From Phoronis australis (Eukaryota; Animalia; Phoronida): a stretch of DNA of 64,000 bases. Each line of letters opens with the position of its first letter. The stretch's first letter is position 1. The notes below the pieces were generated by a model, which worked only from the letters and a program-made list of their open reading frames with translations, had not been told where the DNA came from and ran no database searches. The position numbers and the translations under genes are program-made. The stretch spans positions 404,775 to 468,774 of the forward strand of contig NMRA01000338.1 of NCBI GenBank assembly GCA_002633005.1, read 5' to 3'. Positions 38,376 through 64,000 of the stretch are shown here, one piece after another.

Positions 38376-41300
38376 CTCAATACCAACTAAGCTTATGTAA
38401 AATATACAACAACCCCAATTTCTTCGTCAAAACCTGTTTATTCAAGAAAGACTGCCAAACATCTGATGAGAGGCACTTAGAATCAAAGTTGCTGGAACTG
38501 AATACAATGTCAAACTTTAACAACCAGCAGACCTGCAGGCAATAACTAAAACAACAAGGATCCTGAAGAACAATAATCCTTCATTTAGAAGTGTAGTGGA
38601 ATATAACAAGGTGATGTAGAATAGGAATCACATACAAACACTTATAAACTGAATGAATTTGTAGCAGGTACATGTATAAAAATATTTTCAACCACACGAA
38701 GTTAACAGCATTAATTTTTTCCTAACCTGTAAATGATTGAGACATTGTTGAACAAAATGCCTATCATAGTATCGCTCACATATAAAGGAAATATGTTCGC
38801 CTTCGCAAAGTACATGTATTAAGCTGTCGAATTCTGCTCATACATTTAATTAAAATCTGATTTGGGCCCGAAAGCCAGTACATAGTGAGAGTAATATGCT
38901 GGGAACAGGACAACACCAATCACCACAGCTGTAGATGGTAAGCTCCAATTTTTAGTTAGAGGATTAGGGCAGAGTATTGGCTAGGATTTTGCACGTGAGA
39001 CATTCCCCCGAACTGCCAAATGGAATATGGGAGAGTTTTAGGGGGTGCCATGGCCCCCTCAGCCCCCTCTAAATCCGCCACAGCAATGGTCCTGTTTAGA
39101 TAGTGCTCACCATTTTTCATTCTGCTATATTTTAACCGAAATCACTCGTGCGAAGTCATACAGAAAGCAGCTACCACTTTTCCTGCTACATGTGTTCATG
39201 ATCATCTGGTCTCTTGCAATGCTTTATGAATGAACCTCAGATCAGCATGTTTACTACAGAAATAAGCAAAACATCGTGTGAATACTGGAAGGGACAAAGA
39301 AGTTGCTTATATACAACAAAGCAAGTTAACACAAGGTAATTTCCGTCTGAAATCTGTTCGCTAAATAGTACTATGCGACGTGCTACCTTAAACGTAATTT
39401 TAAAATGAACATGGATTTCATGACAGCATTCAATAAAGAAACAACTTAGTAACAACAAGAATAATTTGAAAAAAAAACGTCATCCCTGGCAACAACATAT
39501 GGCCGAGTGATTTTAGAATGATTACAAGAAGATCAATTTATCAAAACAAACTCAAACAAATCAAAAATTATAACAACATTACAAGGATATTGCTGTACTG
39601 CCCAAGTTAGATGTTAATGAGAATATTCTGGCTTATACCTCCGTCTTAAGTGGCTTATTGCTCACGTTTCATATAGAGTAAGGTATTCTTCCTTTTCTTC
39701 AACAATAAGATTTTAAATGACATCTGTAGCTTATAATCTATGCAAACATTGGTATGGTGTTGTTTTCTTGAATTTTGATCTTTCCCGTTGTGTTTAGTCC
39801 GTTTTAATTTTACTGACTAAATGGGCTTTTTACCGCAACCAAATTGTTTTTATTGACAGAAATTTCTTTAAAAACCCCAGAGTTCAACTTTTGGAGACAG
39901 ACTGCCTGGGAGTGCTACATTTATGTCCATGGTAAGGGTATAATTATACTTTTACGTGATGTAATGCTGCTATGAGAACCAAACACAAGTACGATTTTAT
40001 AGTAGATCTAGACTTAGTGAGAGATGGTAAATTCTTTCGGATTTTGTCACCTTTTTCTATTATCATTAAGTGTACCTCATTATCATGGGTTACTTTCTGC
40101 GATTATAGAACCACAATTTTTATGAGTAGGCCTACGTCTGATCCTCTTCTGTGTGTGACGAGCCTTCTGCCTCAGATAGAATTTTTTTCATGTAGGCAAA
40201 TTATTGTTCACTGCTTGTCATACTTGAAACACTTTCTTGTCTTCAAAAATGTATCAGATATCCTGGGTGCCAAAATCCAATGAAACAGACACTGACATAA
40301 ACATAAAATGAATTACCAATTAGTGATTGCATATGTAAATGTTACTAATACTTAATTGAAGAGCATTGGGTACTGTGAGTACATACATGGTAATTTCAAT
40401 GTTTTGGGGGGGTATTTTGGTGCTGTCTTGTGACTGAAGTCTCTGATTCATTTCTCCTAGTTTTGTCTCTTCTATCATGTACGATTCAGTCTCAGTGAAT
40501 ATCTGAAGTGGCTGCAGGTCACATAAAATAAACAAAGACTGCATGCAGGGAACAGACTGCTGTACATAGGATTCCAAGGCGTTTTTCAAAAATATTTTTG
40601 TAGAAAACTTATTTTTACGCTTCTTAAGATCAGCCGAAGAATTTAAAAGCAATTGAAAACTAGATTTTATCAACAAATGTTTTATGCATAATATTTAACA
40701 GCAAAAGTATATTATCTTACCTCGCTCATCTTATTGTTTTGGTAGTAATCGTTTCCTGGTTCGGCTTCCATCAAGCGTTTGATGTTGTGACCGGGCCAAA
40801 CGGGAATTATTCGACAACTAAGTCACCATTTGGAATTGATACAATAATTCCGTTGGTCCAATGTCCACATTCGTTGACAGTTTAGCAACTGTCACCAACT
40901 TTAAAAAATTCTACCATTATTTTGTTTCTTGTCCTACTCAATATTACTCATTTACATGAATGACACTACTGACGTTTGCTACACCAAGTTACCCATGCAA
41001 ATTTCATTGTTCAAGTAACGTAGTATATTATATAGCTGTCAAAGTATTATATCCAGTGTTAAGAAAGCAACATCAAGTTTTAAACAGTGTAAGAATTAAA
41101 CTAATTTTAAAATGTTTGAAATAAAACACTAGGGTGTTTATTGACGATTACTACAACTTTTGTATTCATACACCGCCTTCACATCAACTGGTTATTTCGT
41201 ACAATCATAAGTATTGGGCGCAGAAAAAAATGATGTTATGTCATACCCTGTTTCTTGTGCAGTTTTTTTGTATATTCTAACGAAAAGTCTTTAAATAGTT

Positions 41301-43723
41301 CATAAAATTAATTTATCGAGTATCCAGAATAATAAGCCCAGCAGCTAACGGCTTGTGGCTGGGTGTCAAGCTCCATTGTTTACTATTTCTACTACTAGTG
41401 ACAACAGGGGGTTTGGTAAGTTGATACTTTCTAGGTTATAAACAGCTAAATAGCAATACAGGGGCTGTGGTGCTGTAGCTGGAGACAAGGGGCCTGAAAC
41501 TGACTTAAGGTCATTTTAGACTTAAGTCCAAGATTTGTCTCAAGTTCCAATCTTTGAAACTTCCACATCCGGTAAGATTAAGACAAAACGTAGTAAAAAA
41601 CTTGCATCAAACTTAATATCTCTTTCTCGAAACGGAATAGAGGCAAATTTAAGTTTTATCTTAAAATTGACAGAAATTTGTCCAAGCTAAGTCAGTATTC
41701 TCGGAACGTTTCCCACAAAGGCGAGTTTTCGTCATGATTTCTCATATTTTTTATTATCTTTACTGTCCATTTTTTTCTTGATATACTCTATATTTTGCCC
41801 ATGTGTATTTTCCATTGCACTGCTCATGTTTTTTGCTTTCAATATTTCAAATAAAGACACTTTACAATTTTGAATTTGACAAACTAAAAACGGCCGTAAT
41901 CAACGCCTCACGTACTTCGTCGTCGCACACACACTCGCTAGGTGTCGCCATGGTCCATGACACCGTTGCGATGTTATTCATACTGTATGAATACAAGACA
42001 GTATCGTAAGCAAAAGTCATCGATAGTAGAAAGATGCATTCCGGAAAAGGTGCAACCAGTTTCTAGGAATTAACATTTCCTGAACATAAATTTTAAGCAC
42101 CGATTTGTCTGTACAACAGACCTCATTTACACTTCAGTCCATCAGTCATGCCAGCATAGACTATGTATATTATCCATGATGCCAGTTTGTTTGTGTAAAG
42201 CTCTGCCTGTTGAGAATTCGACCAGCTAATCAGAAACGCCGGTGTAAAAAAATTCCCGAGGAAAATTAAGTGATACCTGCGTACTGGTTACTGACCACCT
42301 AGTGGCACGCAAGGAACCAGCGAGGTTTCCACAGGGCCCCTTTTCAGTACAGGTGGCACTGTGTCAGAGGGTAAACCCACTGATATTGGAGCTTATTTTC
42401 ATATGGTTTATGGTATAACAAGGAATGGCGAAGCACTGCATTTGTTGTGGTTGTGACATCTTGGTATTTGTTCACACCGTGTCTCTCTCTTCAATTTCAC
42501 CCAAAACGTTGGAGAAGCACGCATGTATTGTGGTACAAGAAACTTGCTTTTTAGTATGTTCATACGTCACACGGATGTCCCTGGAGCTATAAGAAACTTT
42601 CAGTTGAAGTTGCTTTTCTTCTACTTTCTCGCTTTTGGGATACTGAATTCATGATTGTAATATGCCGTGTTATAAACGAAGGCATAATGATGCTGACAAT
42701 GTGGTCACTTGTCAAAAATAGGCAAATGGTTTGAAGCCCTTTAAACGAATGCTAGAATCAGCACTTGAGACAACGTACATGTATTTATCATTGCTTGGTC
42801 AGCAACGCCCGCATCACTTAGTTATGAACATACAGAAAAAAGGTGACTGGAGTACAACAGATTTATTAATGAATATTCATAGTTCATGAAACTGAGGAAA
42901 AACCAACATGGAGTACAGAGCTTTTCAACAGCTTATTAAATAAGGTGATATTTTGGCCATAAACCGGACTCTATGATATTCATGGCATACGCCAACGCTA
43001 AATGCTAATTATGTATGCCTTAACAAGGAGCACAGAAATATATTTACAGGCACTCCATAGTTTCATCAATTGTAATCACATCACATAACATTGATTTTAC
43101 CTTTAAACACTCCTTGAAGTGAGAAAAATTTAGTTTTACTCAGATTTTCATGAATCACCAATAACAAGTCTGATTGCCAATGAAAACATCTGTGAGGACG
43201 AACTCAGCAGTCAACAGTCAACAAAAATTTCCAGCCGGTCACTCCTTATAATGTTATTGTGAGAATCTTTCTTGAAACTCATCACAACAGCTAACATATT
43301 AAAACAATACTAAACCCAGTTTTGGCCTATAAACATAGTGCAACAAGTTTCCTATCCAGCTCCCTTTAAACCAAAATAATGCCCTGTAACCCTCCTCAAC
43401 TTTTAATAAGTTTGCAGTAAATTCTGAAAACTCCGGATAAAGTCTACTAAATGGGCAAGCATGACCTATGCTTTAAGCGAGTTGCAGACCACCCACCACG
43501 AACCAAAATGCCCTTTCTCTGACACGGTATGTATTTTAGTTGAAACATGTCTTGATTTCTCAATCCAGATGCCAAAGTTGTATTAGCAGGGGACAGAACA
43601 AAGATTGGATGAAATCACCAAAACAGGGTTTGGTATCCTTTTAAATGAGCACTCGTTTGGGCAAGACTGCCAAATTGCAATTTTAAATAGCTAAAATAAA
43701 TTATTAATCAACAAGAGTGTACA

Positions 43724-60754
<17,031 letters not shown>

Positions 60755-63700
60755 CTGGAACAGATGCACACTAAATAGGTTACAAATTGAGATCCTGAGT
60801 CAATAGCAAGTTCAGAGTACCCAACAAACAGAACTGGGACTATGATTACATAATTTTTCACTTATTTGCACAAAAATAATTGAATACCAATTTCCTATTT
60901 TTCAAAGGCTGATGACTTTGCTGCACATAGACCTATGTTTGGAATGTTTTATCAATATGGGCCACAATTAGAATTGCGTATGGTTTGTGATTCCTTTAAC
61001 CAAAGGTTACATCTACATTGTAGTAGATTGCATATTGATGCCAGTGAGATATGTCCAACACAACAAGGGAAATGTTACTAACAATTGCAGGACTTGCAAC
61101 AGACCAATGAATGGAAAGACACTTACCTAAGAAATCCTGCTAGTGTTTATTGTTGTGAACAAGGTAAAAACATTCAAAACACCAACCTGTGTCATGCCTG
61201 AATTCTGAATTTTTGTTTGAATTTTCTTTTGAAAAACTTAGAAGTCTGGTGTTATTTGGTGATTTTCTTAAGTTAGATGGGTGTGTGATGAAAACTAGGA
61301 AGCTATTAAACACTAGTCTTGCCAATAGTCGGATAATAAATGCCTGTATTTTGCGAACCAGTTTCATGGCCGTTATCAGTGGAGAAAACTGGTTCTCAAA
61401 TTTCGGGGACGTTATATACAACAATTACCCTGGTCTCTGATAACTACAGCGCAAACAACAGCCGGACTAACAAGAACAACTGTTTCTGTCATAGTGTGTG
61501 TTTTAAAAACACTGTAAACCATGGACTATTTATTTTTGTGAACAGTGAGAGTATTAAGATGAAAGTTTGTAACCAATACGTCGCTTTAAACGAGCCAGAT
61601 TTGAAACTAAGACATATGTACAAGTATATGTTACAGTTGGAAGGAATAATTACTAGACATCCATGGCCTTAAGGTGTTTCTCTATACTCAACGTCATGTA
61701 CTTATAGCAACATGACATTGGTGGTTTAGTCAGTTTGAGACATAATTTGCCAGTTGCTCATTATGGCGTTTTCCCGTTGCTCTCAACTTGTTCGATTCTA
61801 TAGTCCAACGACAAGTTGGGAAGTTCACCCCTGTAGCCAATATCTTACATGACTGGCATTTATGTTTGGAGGGCCCACTCTCCTTTGTTCGTTAATTGCT
61901 CTAATCTCCGATCAGATTGTATCTACCCTGACCGGGCTGTGCTGCTAAAAATGAAAGTTAAGTTATAACATATTTGAACATAAACTACAGTGTAATAGCA
62001 TTTCCGAGTTCCATGTCAAATGCTGATCATGTTTTGTTTTTGAATTGCCAAAATCGCCCAACTACAACAGAAGACAATCCATTCTGCCAGGTTTCAGTAA
62101 CCCTTTGAAGCCTGGGAGATAATTGGTCTGCTTGTTGTCATATGGGACAAAAGACTGAGCTGGGCAGTTAACAAAGGAACCAGATGTTATCGCACATTCA
62201 GAACCCCTCACGTCTCGAAAAGTTACTGAACGACAGAACGCCGTCATGTGATTTGGGCAACCGAACAAAAGACTGCTCGAAAGAAAAGTTAGATATACAG
62301 GAGTATTAGCTCAAGTTGGAAGGAATTAAAGACATCGATGGCTTCCTCTATGCCCAAAATCTACTTAAAGCAAAGTCTGTGACTTTGATGGATTAATCAA
62401 AGTGTGGCATAATTTGCCAAAAAAGCTTCCAACATATGGATGGCCACCGTATCTACTGCTAATTGACACGGTGGCACTGGTTACATTAGGGTGTCGTCAA
62501 ATTCGATACGCCATGCCTTCGTGTAGTTTTTAATGACATGAATTTTGTATCGGGTTTTATTTGGCCTCTTTTTTACCCACATCGATGCAAAGCTGTATAT
62601 TTATATGAAGCTTTTTACCAAGGGGTTAGGCTGGGGCAAGATGACTGCTGGTTGACTCACAGAATTTTCATGCATACGTCTGTTTGTTAAGTCTAAATGT
62701 AGGCAATTACATCAGCGTGTACCCTCAAGTTCTGAATAGCCGTATCTACATGATTAGTTTTTTCAGTTTCGTTTTCTGGTCTATACGACGCTTATTCGGG
62801 TGTTTACGTTTATTAATTTGCTAACATTTTTCCACCCTCCACGATTATTTGATTCAGCAACTTCACAATTTTTGTTTCATTCAGTACAAATTTGTTACAC
62901 AAAAACTTTGCTGTTGATAATGGGTATCGTATTTAGGTCTTAAGACGAAGTTAATTCGCTCTAAACCTCTAGACCACGAGACACTCAGTTCACAGTTTGT
63001 AATTTAGAAGAGCTATATATGACTCCGCGTTACACAAATAAAAGAGTTTATTTGCTAAAATATACAACTGCATGTTTCAAAGCGTAAAATAATCGGACTC
63101 CCAAGCAAAGGTTTATGCAGCGGCTGTCTGCTGGACGGCCAGAATGTTTTTTTGGACGGGTCTGACGGGATCGGTCAGAGTTAAGAAAGTGTTGGCAAAA
63201 TTTAAAAAGCTTGAAGTGATGACAACTTCTCTTAATATTAACGGCTGGTCAGCAGTCGTTCAAAGAAATAGGCCATCAGTAATTTCAGAAATGAGAAATT
63301 TAATGCTCAAAAAGTGCATTTTTTAATATTCCGCATGCCCCGTGACACAAATCGGTGTTACCGGCAGCTCAACATACATATGAATAAAAACGCTTTCAAC
63401 GAGTTTCTTTGGGTGATCCAATATTTATGATTGCACCCTGTGAAACCTGGCAAGCCGTTACAACTCTTCACTGTGTTTGTCCCCAAAGTTTGCATTTCCG
63501 GGGGGAGTAATTCCAAGATTTTGCACAGCCAGTGTCACCTGCAGTTTTCGTCATTATTGACATGCGCATTCTACATACTTAATCATGTCGTCTGCCGCGC
63601 AAAGGCCTAAAGAATTCGAGGATTATTTTACAAACCGAGAGATGTTCCAGATACAGACATTTATTCAGATGCTGGTACAACAAATAATCCAGCTAAAGAT

Positions 63701-64000
63701 ACAGACCGTGGTGATAACGCGACCAGTCCACGAAGCGCAAATTATACCCGTGCAATTAATGAACGGTGCCGAACTTTTCAATCAACAAGTTGCCGACAAC
63801 ATCGCCATCGGACATCAGCATTTTTACAATTCACTCCAAACTTGAGAATAGATTGTTTTATGAACAGGAAGATTCGACTTGTGACAATCTTGAAAATAAC
63901 ATAGTTGAACGTTCCACAATCCAGGGGATATCTATTGAAATTAATTTCTACTTGCTCTCCTGTCAAAGGCAAATAAATGAAAAAACGCACGTGAATCGGT

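Noticed and set aside
63100-63845. CCC...GGG-bounded segment (63100-63413) and ORF 63585-63845
   Set aside because: TIR match is weak, there is no TSD, and the ORF has no recognisable motif; neither can be supported from sequence alone.

Overview
AT-rich, intron-containing animal (invertebrate-like) genomic DNA, not prokaryotic. It holds the 3' part of a cystathionine gamma-lyase gene (CTH, + strand, 1.4-6.3 kb), an acetylcholinesterase locus (+ strand, from 10.7 kb) and nearly all of FAM91A1 (- strand, 43.7-60.8 kb; first coding exon not found in the window). Several transposable-element remnants are present: Kolobok/THAP-like, CACTA/EnSpm-like, LINE fragments and MITEs. The most striking feature is the 3' end of the AChE gene. 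The catalytic domain ends at a phase-1 donor (13689). Instead of the usual short T-peptide or GPI exon, it is followed by a 99-nt Cys-containing exon and a 12-kb array of 13 copies of a symmetric 123-nt Thr-rich, N-glycosylation-rich exon. Two phase-compatible exons then encode a Ly6/uPAR (three-finger) domain with a stop and AATAAA. All junctions join in frame, predicting a secreted AChE-mucin stalk-three-finger chimera of about 1,150 aa. This fusion is inferred from splice-site and phase logic only and needs transcript evidence.
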